In this document: positions 28,021 through 36,550 of the stretch, piece by piece
Position numbering within the stretch: position 1 is the first letter of the stretch
Layout of the letters: every line of letters starts with the position of its first letter
IMG/VR virus record: IMGVR_UViG_3300044518_000068
Location: 1 to 47,793 of that record
Source: a virus
Lineage: Duplodnaviria; Caudoviricetes
DNA: 47,793 nt
Strand: one strand, 5' to 3'
Notes under the pieces: model-generated
What the model was told of the DNA's origin: nothing
What the model saw: the letters and a program-made list of their open reading frames with translations, nothing else
Databases searched by the model: none
Translations under genes and position numbers: made by a program

Positions 28021-29679
28021 ATGGCAGGGATTGCCACGATCCGAGGTACCGCGATTGCCCCCGGGGTGTCGCGGAACCGCAGGCTGTACACGCGGGAGAT
28101 GCTCGGCCGGGCCGCCGAGCGGGCCAATGAGGCCATCGCCCGCGGCGAGCCGCACACCATGCTGACCCACCACGGTGCCGAGGACGACTCCACCCGGATC
28201 GTCGGACGGGTCACGCGGCTTGAGCAGCAGGACGACGGCCGGGTCACCTTCGAGGCGCAGATCGCCGACACCGCGCACGGCCGCGACATCGCCGCCCTGG
28301 TAACCGGCGACCAGCCGTTCCTCGATGGGGTGTCGATCCGCGGCGCCTGGCGCGGCCCGGTTCGCCGAGTCGAGCACGACGGCCAGATGGTCGAGACCGC
28401 GGACGGCCTCGACCTGTTCGGCCTCGACTTCACGAAGACGCCCGGGGTCGTCGGTGCGCGGATCGAGCCCGGTGCCTCGCCGGCCGAAACCGCCGAGTCC
28501 GGCCACCTGGTGTACGAGTCCGTCACCGAGGCCACCGCCGCCGCCACACCATCCAGGGCGCCGGACACCCTGCTCCACGCGGATCCCGGCTACTTGCCAG
28601 ACAAGCAGAAGCGGCACCCGCTCGATACCGCCCGTCGGGCCAGGACTGCGTGGTCGTACATCAACGAGGCCGACAACTCCCGCCAGTACACGGCGAACCA
28701 GCTGAAGCGGGTCAAGGGCCGCATCAAGAAGGCCTTGCGCCAGTTCGGAGTGACCGTGACTGCAGAGACTGCACCGCTTGTGCCGCCGGCCGAGGATGCC
28801 GCCTGGGGCCCCGTCGCCGAGTGCCTCGCGGTAGACGACCGAGGCGCCGGGTTCTCGATCTCGGCGCACAACGGGCCGATCACCGTCAACATTTCGGCCT
28901 ACGAGGGCATCGAACCGGCGGAGCTGGAGGTCATCGCCAAGGCTGCGATGTGTGCCGCCTGCGACGCGCTGAGAGCGATGGACCCGGACATGGACGCCGA
29001 CATCGACGTGCCCGGCGTGCCGGACGCCGACACGGACGGCTCCATGGAGGCCACCGACCGGCGCCCGGACGACGACCAGATGGAGACCGCGCCCCACTAC
29101 GTCGTCGCCGGTGAGGAATGCACCGCCGAGCACTGGGACCTGGTGCGCCGCGCGGGCATCCCCACGCCGCCCGGCACGCGCCTGACGGCCGCCATGGTCA
29201 ACCAGGCCATCGACGCCCTCGTCGAGACCACCCCGAGCCGACCGGCCGGGGACCCCACACCCACCACGGAGGTGCCCGCCGTGAGCGAGTCCACCCCGGC
29301 CGCCGAGACGGCCAACACCCCCGCGCCCGCAGTCATCCAGCTGACGGCGGACCAGTTCCAGCAGCTGCTCGGCACCCGCCCCGCGCCGGCGCCGGCCACC
29401 GAGTCCGCGCCCGCCGCCCCGGCGGCTCCGGTCGCCGAGACCGAGGACCAGCGCATCGACCGCATCGTCGCCGAGCGCCTGGCCACCGAGCGAACCGCCA
29501 TGGAGGAGAGCCTGCGCGCCGAGGTTCGCCACCAGGGCCCCGCCCGCAAGGGCCTGCGCCCCGCCGGCACCGTGGCCGAGTCCGGCTACGAGGACCCCAA
29601 CGCCGTTCGCCGGGCCGGCAACGACGCCCTCCTCTCCTGGGTGTCGAACGGCCGCTACACCAACGAGTACGACGACTGA
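28021..29679 (+). CDS. Prohead protease/scaffold fusion with DUF6582-like central domain
   Basis: VSRNRRLY, LTHH, GVSIRG, LDFTKTPGV protease motifs; ADPGY...KRHPLDT...AWSYIN domain; APA-rich C-terminus. Confidence 0.85.
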   Translation: MAGIATIRGTAIAPGVSRNRRLYTREMLGRAAERANEAIARGEPHTMLTHHGAEDDSTRIVGRVTRLEQQDDGRVTFEAQIADTAHGRDIAALVTGDQPFLDGVSIRGAWRGPVRRVEHDGQMVETADGLDLFGLDFTKTPGVVGARIEPGASPAETAESGHLVYESVTEATAAATPSRAPDTLLHADPGYLPDKQKRHPLDTARRARTAWSYINEADNSRQYTANQLKRVKGRIKKALRQFGVTVTAETAPLVPPAEDAAWGPVAECLAVDDRGAGFSISAHNGPITVNISAYEGIEPAELEVIAKAAMCAACDALRAMDPDMDADIDVPGVPDADTDGSMEATDRRPDDDQMETAPHYVVAGEECTAEHWDLVRRAGIPTPPGTRLTAAMVNQAIDALVETTPSRPAGDPTPTTEVPAVSESTPAAETANTPAPAVIQLTADQFQQLLGTRPAPAPATESAPAAPAAPVAETEDQRIDRIVAERLATERTAMEESLRAEVRHQGPARKGLRPAGTVAESGYEDPNAVRRAGNDALLSWVSNGRYTNEYDD

Positions 29680-29819
29680 CGGCCCCAGCCGACAGCTGAG
29701 CTGACTGACCGCCACCCGCGAGTCGGGTGGTGCCGGACACGGCAGGAATGGTCGCCCGCCCCCGCAGCGCAACGCGCCGGGGGCTTTTCCACGCCCATCT
29801 CCCGCCCCCGGAGGCACCC

Positions 29820-31193
29820 TTGTCTCGCGAACTCGCCGAGGCGCTCAACGCCGCGGGCGCATCCGCGCTCGTCCCCAAGGTCATCGACCCGAACCTCTTC
29901 GAACAGCTGCGGCGCTACAGCCCGCTGATCGAGGCCATCCCCAGCCAGAAGATCCGCAGCACCGACTACTACTTCAACACCCGCAACGGCCTCGCCTCCG
30001 GCGGCGCCGTCACCGACGGCGGCGCCCGCCAGGTGAGCACCAGCTCGTACTTCCAGAGCAAGTTCACCATCAAGAACCTCCAGGTCGTCGGCGCCGTCAC
30101 CGGCTACGCCGAGGAGGTCACCGCCGACGTCATCGGTGACCTGCGCGCCCGAGAGATCATGGGCGGCATCCGCGGCCTGCGCTGGGACACCGAGCAGATG
30201 CTGGTCTCCGGCAACTCCGGCGCGACGCAGTTCGGCCCCTACCCGCAGTTCGACGGCCTCGCCTCGCTGATCAACACCTTCAGCGGCACCAGCAACAACG
30301 GCCAGAACGCGATCGACGCGGCCGGCTCGAACATCTCCTTCAGCCTGCTGAACCAGCTGATCGACATGGTCGAGTCCTACACCGCCGAGCAGGTCACCAA
30401 CACCGACTGGATGCTCGTCATGAGCTCCACCTCCGAGGGCGCACTGGCGTCGCTGTTCACGAACCAGCAGCGGTTCGTGAACGACACCGAGGTCGTGCCC
30501 GGCCTGATCGTGCCCAGCTACCGCAACATCCCGATCGTCCGGTCGTCGTACCTGGCGACCAAGGGCACCTCGATGGGCACCGTCACCGCCACCCCGGCCA
30601 CCACCGGCGGCACCCTCGCAGCCGGGACCTACTACTACAAGGTCGCCCCGGTGATGACCCGGCAGGGCGAGGCGATCGCCTGCGCTGAGGTCACGGCCAC
30701 CACCACCGGCTCCACCAGCATGGTCACGCTCGCGTTCTCCACGCCGTCCGGCTTCCAGGCCAGCACGCCGCAGCACTACATGGTCTACCGATCCACGGCC
30801 ACCGGGCAGGAGACGCTGCTCGGCGTCGTGGACGCGACCGTCGGCCTAGCGGCGGACAACATCACCCCGATCCTGACCACGTCGATCGTGGACACGGGCG
30901 CGAACCTGGTCCCGCAGAACGGCGCGACCGTCCCGGCTCAGACCCCGGCCGCCTACATCGGCACCAACACCGGTCTGAAGCCGCGTTCGGCCGGCTACGA
31001 GGACATCTACCTGATGAGCCGCGACCGCGACAACGTCGTTCGGCCGTTCGTCCGCGACATCCAGCCCAAGGACGTCTTCCCGACGACCAATTCCCCGGAC
31101 GCGATGCCGTTCGCGATCGTCTCGGACACGACGTTGGCGGTGCGCGGCCCTCAGTGGATCGGTCGCCTGGCCCGGGTCGCCCCGACGCTGTAA
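29820..31193 (+). CDS. Major capsid protein with inserted beta-sandwich domain
   Basis: GGAGG RBS before TTG; position after protease; QFDGL motif; TYYYKV...YMVYRS insert. Confidence 0.88.
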   Translation: MSRELAEALNAAGASALVPKVIDPNLFEQLRRYSPLIEAIPSQKIRSTDYYFNTRNGLASGGAVTDGGARQVSTSSYFQSKFTIKNLQVVGAVTGYAEEVTADVIGDLRAREIMGGIRGLRWDTEQMLVSGNSGATQFGPYPQFDGLASLINTFSGTSNNGQNAIDAAGSNISFSLLNQLIDMVESYTAEQVTNTDWMLVMSSTSEGALASLFTNQQRFVNDTEVVPGLIVPSYRNIPIVRSSYLATKGTSMGTVTATPATTGGTLAAGTYYYKVAPVMTRQGEAIACAEVTATTTGSTSMVTLAFSTPSGFQASTPQHYMVYRSTATGQETLLGVVDATVGLAADNITPILTTSIVDTGANLVPQNGATVPAQTPAAYIGTNTGLKPRSAGYEDIYLMSRDRDNVVRPFVRDIQPKDVFPTTNSPDAMPFAIVSDTTLAVRGPQWIGRLARVAPTL

Positions 31194-31263
31194 CCCCCTC
31201 CAGCTGGCGGCCCGTGGCGACTGCTCCGCGCCACGGACCGCCCAACCCCACCGGGAGAACCGC

Positions 31264-31473
31264 ATGTTCGTCAAGAAGCAGCACCCGGGCGGCAGCTCGC
31301 ACGGCTACCAGTGGCCGCAGGGCGGCGAGTGGCTGGAGATGCCCGCCGACCACGCCCACGAGCTCGTCACCATCGCGCCCGGCGAGTTCGAGGCCCAGCC
31401 CGAACTCCCCAAGGGCGTGAAGGCGTACGCCCCGCCGGCCGCGCCGGCTTCCGGCGCACCGGTCGAGGAGTAG
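31264..31473 (+). CDS. Small head-associated hypothetical protein
   Basis: GGGAGA RBS; follows capsid gene. Confidence 0.7.
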   Translation: MFVKKQHPGGSSHGYQWPQGGEWLEMPADHAHELVTIAPGEFEAQPELPKGVKAYAPPAAPASGAPVEE

Positions 31474-31476
31474 CCG

Positions 31477-32145
31477 GTGGCCGCCGACTCGCCGGTGCCG
31501 CTGGCGACGGCGGCACAGCTCCAAGAGGGCCCGTACGCGGACCTGGTGAGGTCGTACAGTCCGCAAGCGCTGTCGGACCTGATGATCGAGTCAACGCGGA
31601 TGTGCGAGGGCGCCGCCGGGCGCCGACTCGCCCCGTTCGCCAGCCTGGTGGAGACCGAGCGGTCGACCGGCATCGACCCGGACGAATACATCGACGCCGG
31701 CAACGTCCCGCTCGACCTCGCCGGGACGCTCGGGCAGTCCTACGCCTACGCCATGGGCACGACCTCGCTGGTGCGGCACGGCTGGCTGACCGAGTTCGCG
31801 CCCAAGTACCCGGAGATGTGGGCCTACAGCCTGCAGAGCATCACCATCCACCGCTCGTACGGAGGAGACCAGCAGGTCACCCTGTCTACGGTGCGCGGCC
31901 CCGATCCGGACACCGGCCACATCTGGTACCCGATCGGCGAGTTCCTCCCGGTCGGCAGCCTGGTCACCTACGTCTACGGCGGCGGCTACCAGACCATCCC
32001 GGCCGACCTGGTGCGCGCCGGCAAGTACATGGCTGCCTCGATCGCCGTCCGGGAGCTCGACCCGGCCGGGACGGCCCACGGCCACGACCCGGACGTGTTG
32101 GCAGCGGATGCCGAGGCGATCTGCGCGGGCTACGGCCGCGGCTGA
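31477..32145 (+). CDS. Head-tail adaptor
   Basis: Synteny; VTYVYGGGYQTIPADLVRA motif. Confidence 0.78.
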   Translation: MAADSPVPLATAAQLQEGPYADLVRSYSPQALSDLMIESTRMCEGAAGRRLAPFASLVETERSTGIDPDEYIDAGNVPLDLAGTLGQSYAYAMGTTSLVRHGWLTEFAPKYPEMWAYSLQSITIHRSYGGDQQVTLSTVRGPDPDTGHIWYPIGEFLPVGSLVTYVYGGGYQTIPADLVRAGKYMAASIAVRELDPAGTAHGHDPDVLAADAEAICAGYGRG

Positions 32146-32843
32146 TGTCCTGGGGCACGCCGCAGCCGCCGGCCGCCGCCCGGCAGACGGTGAAGCGGCA
32201 CCTCAGCGCGGCGGCCCGGCAGCGGATCAGTGCCCGCATGAAGGGCAGGCCGCACCCACACCGCGGGCACCCGCTCAGCGCGGCCACCCGGGCGAAGATC
32301 TCGGCAGCGCTCCGCGGCCGCCACCATGCCGGGCACCGGATGAGCGCGGCGACCCGCGCCAAGATCTCTGCCGCGCTGAAGGGCCGGCACCACCCGGGTG
32401 CGAAGGGCAAGCACCACAAGGGCCACAAGCTCAGCGCCTCGACCCGCGCGAAGTTGAGCGCCAAGCTGAAGGGCCGCAAGCACAAGCCCTTGAGCGCTGC
32501 CGCGAAGGCGAAGCTGCGGGCCAAGCTCCGCGGCCGGAAGCACAAGCCCCTGTCCGCTGCGGCGAAGGCCAAGCTCAGGGCGAAGCTCAAGGGCCGCCAC
32601 CACAAGATGTCCGCGGCCGCCCGGGCCAAGCTGAGCGCCCGCATGAAGGGGCGTCACCACAAGCCCGGCCACCGCAAGCCGATGTCGGCCGCGGCCAGAG
32701 CGAAGCTCTCAGCCCGAATGAAGGGCCGCCACCACCGCGGTGGTCACCACAAGGGCCACAAGATGTCGGCCGCCGCGAGGGCGAAGGCGGCCGCGACCCG
32801 CCGCGCTCACCCCCGCAAGCAGCAGAGGAGGCGCCGCCGTTGA
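32145..32843 (+). CDS. Extremely basic tandem-repeat protein (NUMOD3-like repeats)
   Basis: 232 aa, no Asp/Glu; nine (L/M)SAAxRAK(I/L)SAxxKGR-type units; coupled to both neighbours. Confidence 0.8.
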   Translation: MSWGTPQPPAAARQTVKRHLSAAARQRISARMKGRPHPHRGHPLSAATRAKISAALRGRHHAGHRMSAATRAKISAALKGRHHPGAKGKHHKGHKLSASTRAKLSAKLKGRKHKPLSAAAKAKLRAKLRGRKHKPLSAAAKAKLRAKLKGRHHKMSAAARAKLSARMKGRHHKPGHRKPMSAAARAKLSARMKGRHHRGGHHKGHKMSAAARAKAAATRRAHPRKQQRRRRR

Positions 32844-33340
32844 GCACCACCGCTGACGCTGTGACCCGCGAGGCCGCGTGGCTGATCACCAGCGGCGACG
32901 GCCTGCCCGCGCTGCTCAAGGCGGCTGGCGGCTCGTGGGACATCATCCAGGCGTACGCGACGCGCAGTCCGGCCCAGCAGAAGACGCAGTTGTACGTGAT
33001 GCGTCGTCGCCTCCAGACCGCGCGGTTCGCCAACACCCGGCGCCTGCCCACTTACCACTTCCACCTGGCGGCCGTGTGGCCGATCGGGGCGACCGCTGCC
33101 GGGCCGCAGATCGCCGAGCTGGAGCAGGCCGCGTTCGACGCGGCGCTCGACCTGCTGATTCAGCGGATCGAGGGCTGGCCTGGCGACAAGTCGCACGGCG
33201 GCCGGTTCCTGTCGGTCGCGGAGGCCCCGACCGGCTCCACGATCGACGTTGAGGTTGGCGATCCAGTGCAGGGAATTGCCAGCGGCCAGCTGACGGCCGC
33301 GATCACCTACAGCGCCGATGACCAGGACTACACGGCTTGA
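32840..33340 (+). CDS. Neck/tail-terminator-like protein
   Basis: GAGGAGG RBS; position before tail tube. Confidence 0.65.
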   Translation: MSTTADAVTREAAWLITSGDGLPALLKAAGGSWDIIQAYATRSPAQQKTQLYVMRRRLQTARFANTRRLPTYHFHLAAVWPIGATAAGPQIAELEQAAFDAALDLLIQRIEGWPGDKSHGGRFLSVAEAPTGSTIDVEVGDPVQGIASGQLTAAITYSADDQDYTA

Positions 33341-33366
33341 TCTGACACCCGTCAACTACCCGTCAC

Positions 33367-33391
33367 GGCCCCCGTCACCACGGGGGCCTTC
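33367..33391 (+). terminator. Hairpin, possible terminator
   Basis: GGCCCCCGT / ACGGGGGCC inverted repeat. Confidence 0.45.
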
Positions 33392-33410
33392 GTACTTCCC
33401 GGAGGCCTCC

Positions 33411-33617
33411 GTGCCCGACCCCTACCCGCAGCGCAACCCCGGGGCGGACCCGGTGGACGTCCCTGCGATCCCGGCCACCGTTCTGCCCGGCGAAGTTGTG
33501 CTGTGGCCGCACCCGATCGCTGGGTTCGAGCGCGTCGCCCCCGCCCCTGATCCCGCGCCGGAGCCGCCGGCCAAGCCCAAGGCCCGCGCCGCGGCGCCGG
33601 AAGGGACTGACCAGTGA
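33411..33617 (+). CDS. Pro-rich hypothetical protein
   Basis: GGAGG RBS; coupled to tail tube. Confidence 0.6.
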   Translation: MPDPYPQRNPGADPVDVPAIPATVLPGEVVLWPHPIAGFERVAPAPDPAPEPPAKPKARAAAPEGTDQ

Positions 33618-34795
33618 CGCTCCTCGCACGCAACGGCACGCTCGGCATCGGCAAGGAGTCGGGCGGCACGCCGGGCACCTACGTGCCGCCGACGGTCGGC
33701 ATCCCGTATACCGGCAGCAGCGGCTTCGAGGACCTGATCGCCCAGATCAAGGACGAGTCGGTCAGGGGCGATGACTCGATCCTGCACGGCTCGCTCCAGG
33801 GCCCCGGCCATGCCGAGTGGTCGATCGACTGCCTCGCCTACCCGGACCTGATCGGGTACATGCTGGTTGGCATGATCGGCCCGGACACGGTCACCGCAGG
33901 CATCAGCACCACCCTCTCGGCGGCAACCACCGTAGGTGCCACGGCGATTCAGACCCCGGTGTCCCTCGCGGCTGGCACTGTCGTCAAGGTCGGCACAGGG
34001 GCGGCGGTCGAGTACGCCATCACCGATGGTGCTGCGACGGGCGCCGGCCCGTACACCAGCAACGTCACCACGGTGGCGGGCAGGACCGGTGTCAACCGGG
34101 TCGGGCTGGCCAACGCGCACAACGCGGCGGACCCGATGCTGACGCCGACCCAGCACACCTTCAAGCAGAACCCGGCCGCTGGCCTGCCAACGTGGAGCTT
34201 CACCTACTTCGACACCTACCAGTACGTGTCGTGCAGCTACGGCCGGCTTGCCGAGCTCCAGCTGAAGATCGACCCCAAGGGCGCGGTCAGCCTGAGCGCG
34301 AAGGCGACCTCGTTCATGTCGGTCCCGGCCACCACAACCAGCGAGACGTACAGCACGTACGACCCGCTGCTCGGCTGGAGTTGGCAGTTGACCAGCGGCG
34401 GTGCGGCGTCGAGCCGCGGCCTGACCTGCGACCTGACGCTGAAGCGGGCCGTGGACGCCATCGCGAGCTCGGACGGCACGCAGAACCCGCGCGAGGTCTT
34501 CGCCGGCGCGCTGGAGGCGGACGGCACGTTGAAGGCGATCTTCGAGTCAAATGCCGACTTGGGCCTGTTCACCGGCAACGTGCAGTTGCCGATGACGGTG
34601 GCGCTGCAGCAGCCGATCAGCCGCGGCGGCCAGTCCCTGTCGCTGACCATGTCCAGGTCGGCCTGGTACAAGGGCAAACGGGACCTCAGCCAGGCCTACT
34701 CCCAGGTCGACTTCAGCGTCAGTGGCGTGGCCAACACCACCGATGGCGGCGTCGTCCAGGCGACGTTGCTGAACTGGGTCACCACCGCCTACTGA
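33614..34795 (+). CDS. Major tail tube protein
   Basis: LGIGKES...PGTYVPPT N-terminus; synteny before chaperones and tape measure. Confidence 0.85.
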   Translation: MTLLARNGTLGIGKESGGTPGTYVPPTVGIPYTGSSGFEDLIAQIKDESVRGDDSILHGSLQGPGHAEWSIDCLAYPDLIGYMLVGMIGPDTVTAGISTTLSAATTVGATAIQTPVSLAAGTVVKVGTGAAVEYAITDGAATGAGPYTSNVTTVAGRTGVNRVGLANAHNAADPMLTPTQHTFKQNPAAGLPTWSFTYFDTYQYVSCSYGRLAELQLKIDPKGAVSLSAKATSFMSVPATTTSETYSTYDPLLGWSWQLTSGGAASSRGLTCDLTLKRAVDAIASSDGTQNPREVFAGALEADGTLKAIFESNADLGLFTGNVQLPMTVALQQPISRGGQSLSLTMSRSAWYKGKRDLSQAYSQVDFSVSGVANTTDGGVVQATLLNWVTTAY

Positions 34796-34913
34796 CGACG
34801 GTCCACAGTCTCCCGGCGCGGTCGGCCGCGCGCGAGCGTTGAGGGCGCGGGGACGCGCCGCCACCGCGCCGGGCCCCTTCAACTCCCCACCCCTCACCAG
34901 CAAGGAGGCCTTC

Positions 34914-35270
34914 GTGCCTGGTTACGCCAACCGCACCGTCATGCTGTCGTTCCCGGAGCTCACCGAGGACGGCGACGACCCGATCCACGTCGTCATGCGG
35001 AACCCCAAGATGGTCCCGTCGACCGAGCTGCTGCCGCCGGAACTCCCCGCGCGCGACGGCGAGTCCGAGACTGAGCGGGACTACCGCGCGGGCTGCACCG
35101 TCCTGGCCCGCCTGGTCAAGGCCTGGCGTGTCTACGATGCCACCGACGAGGCCGACGACCAGGCCCTGCTCGGGCTGCCGGCCACGGCCGTGCTGGTCGC
35201 GAAGCTGCCGCTGGAGATCCAGACGGCCATGGGCGAGGTCATCAAGGCGGTCCGCGCCCCGGGGAACTAG
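34914..35270 (+). CDS. Tail assembly chaperone (gpG-like)
   Basis: AAGGAGG RBS; ends at slippery CCCGGGGAAC. Confidence 0.8.
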   Translation: MPGYANRTVMLSFPELTEDGDDPIHVVMRNPKMVPSTELLPPELPARDGESETERDYRAGCTVLARLVKAWRVYDATDEADDQALLGLPATAVLVAKLPLEIQTAMGEVIKAVRAPGN

Positions 35271-35509
35271 GGCCGGACGACCCGTACCTCACGGATGTGC
35301 TCTGGCCTGCAGAGAGCATCTACGAGGGCACGTGGTCGTCTGGCCCGCCACCCGCAGAGTTGGTGGATTTCGAGATCATGCGCGAGATGAAGTGGTCCTG
35401 GGAGCAGTTGGAGGCCACCCCGCTCTATGTACGCCGCTACACCTGGGACCTGATTCTGACTCGCCGCCGGATCCAGCAGGAGAAGCAAGGCGAGGCCGAC
35501 CGCCGATGA
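35261..35509 (+). CDS. Tail assembly chaperone -1 frameshift extension (gpT-like)
   Basis: -1 frame open across the gpG stop; REMKWSWEQLEATP motif. Confidence 0.75.
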   Translation, partial: GELGPDDPYLTDVLWPAESIYEGTWSSGPPPAELVDFEIMREMKWSWEQLEATPLYVRRYTWDLILTRRRIQQEKQGEADRR

Positions 35510-35518
35510 GGGGGTGCC

Positions 35519-35965
35519 GTGCTGAACGTGCGTGGGGCGGAGGAACTCCTGGCCGCGCTGGAGGAGATGGTGGTCCGGCTTCAGGCGGCGACACCGCGCG
35601 CCGTCGAGGCTGGCGCGGACCAGCTGCAGGCCGCGACCCAGGCCAAGTTGGGGCTGAAGTCGCACGCCTACGGCACGCCGACACCATCGGCGCCGGGCGA
35701 GCCGCCCGCGCGGATCTCCGGTGCGCTCCGGGACAGCGTCCGCTACGACCCGCCGCGGCAGACAGGCCCCGGACTGTGGATGACCACGCTCGGCGCCACC
35801 ACGGTGTACGCCCGGATCCAGGAGCTTGGCGGCTGGGCTGGACGCGGCCACGCCTCGTACCTGCCGCCGCGTCCCTACCTACGGCCGGCGGCCGAGGAGA
35901 CGATGCGGGACCCGCGGTTCCGCGAGGCGCTCGCGGGGTTATGGGCCGAGGCGATCCGGCCGTGA
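35519..35965 (+). CDS. HK97 gp10-like tail component
   Basis: SAPGEPPARISGALRDSV, YARIQELGG, PPRPYLRPA. Confidence 0.85.
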   Translation: MLNVRGAEELLAALEEMVVRLQAATPRAVEAGADQLQAATQAKLGLKSHAYGTPTPSAPGEPPARISGALRDSVRYDPPRQTGPGLWMTTLGATTVYARIQELGGWAGRGHASYLPPRPYLRPAAEETMRDPRFREALAGLWAEAIRP

Positions 35966-36016
35966 CCTTCACCGAATCACCACCGTCGCGGGCCCGGCGG
36001 AGCTAGGTTCCATGGC

Positions 36017-36493
36017 ATGACGACACCGCAGTTTCCGATCACCGTCAGGGGCTCCTCGGGGGCCAGCATCTCCTTCGACGGCTGGACCGTGACTGTCCAC
36101 CACCGGGGCGGCGGCCGGGGCCTGGGCGACGCCTCCGTGCCGATCAGCCAGGTGTCCGGCGTCGAACTCCGCCGGGCCGGCTGGATGTCGGCTGGCTTGT
36201 TCACCGTGCTGACCGCAGGCGCCGTTGCTCCGAAGCGTGCTGGCATGGTGAACCGGAACCCGCTGTCGGTGTGGCTGACGAGGGGGCGGAACCGGGAGTT
36301 CGGGGCTCTGCGGGACACGATTCTGCGGGCAGTCGCAGCCCAGCATGCCGCACCGCCACAGCACTACCCGCCGGCCGCGCCGTCCATCACCGACGAGCTC
36401 CAGCGACTCGGGCAGATGGCCCAGCAAGGTCTGCTGAGCCCGCAGCAGTTCGAGCAAGCCAAGCAGCAGTTGCTCGGCGGCCCGAGGTACTGA
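36017..36493 (+). CDS. DUF4429-like domain plus SHOCT domain protein
   Basis: ISFDGWTVTV...VPISQVSGVE; C-terminal DELQRLGQMAQQGLLSPQQFEQAKQQLL. Confidence 0.75.
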   Translation: MTTPQFPITVRGSSGASISFDGWTVTVHHRGGGRGLGDASVPISQVSGVELRRAGWMSAGLFTVLTAGAVAPKRAGMVNRNPLSVWLTRGRNREFGALRDTILRAVAAQHAAPPQHYPPAAPSITDELQRLGQMAQQGLLSPQQFEQAKQQLLGGPRY

Positions 36494-36550
36494 CCTGATC
36501 TGATCACGTGGCCACTGGCCACCCCTTCGAAGTTCGGAAGGTGGTGGCCA

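Noticed and set aside
32145-32843. Homing endonuclease
   Set aside because: No GIY-YIG or HNH motif and no acidic catalytic residues
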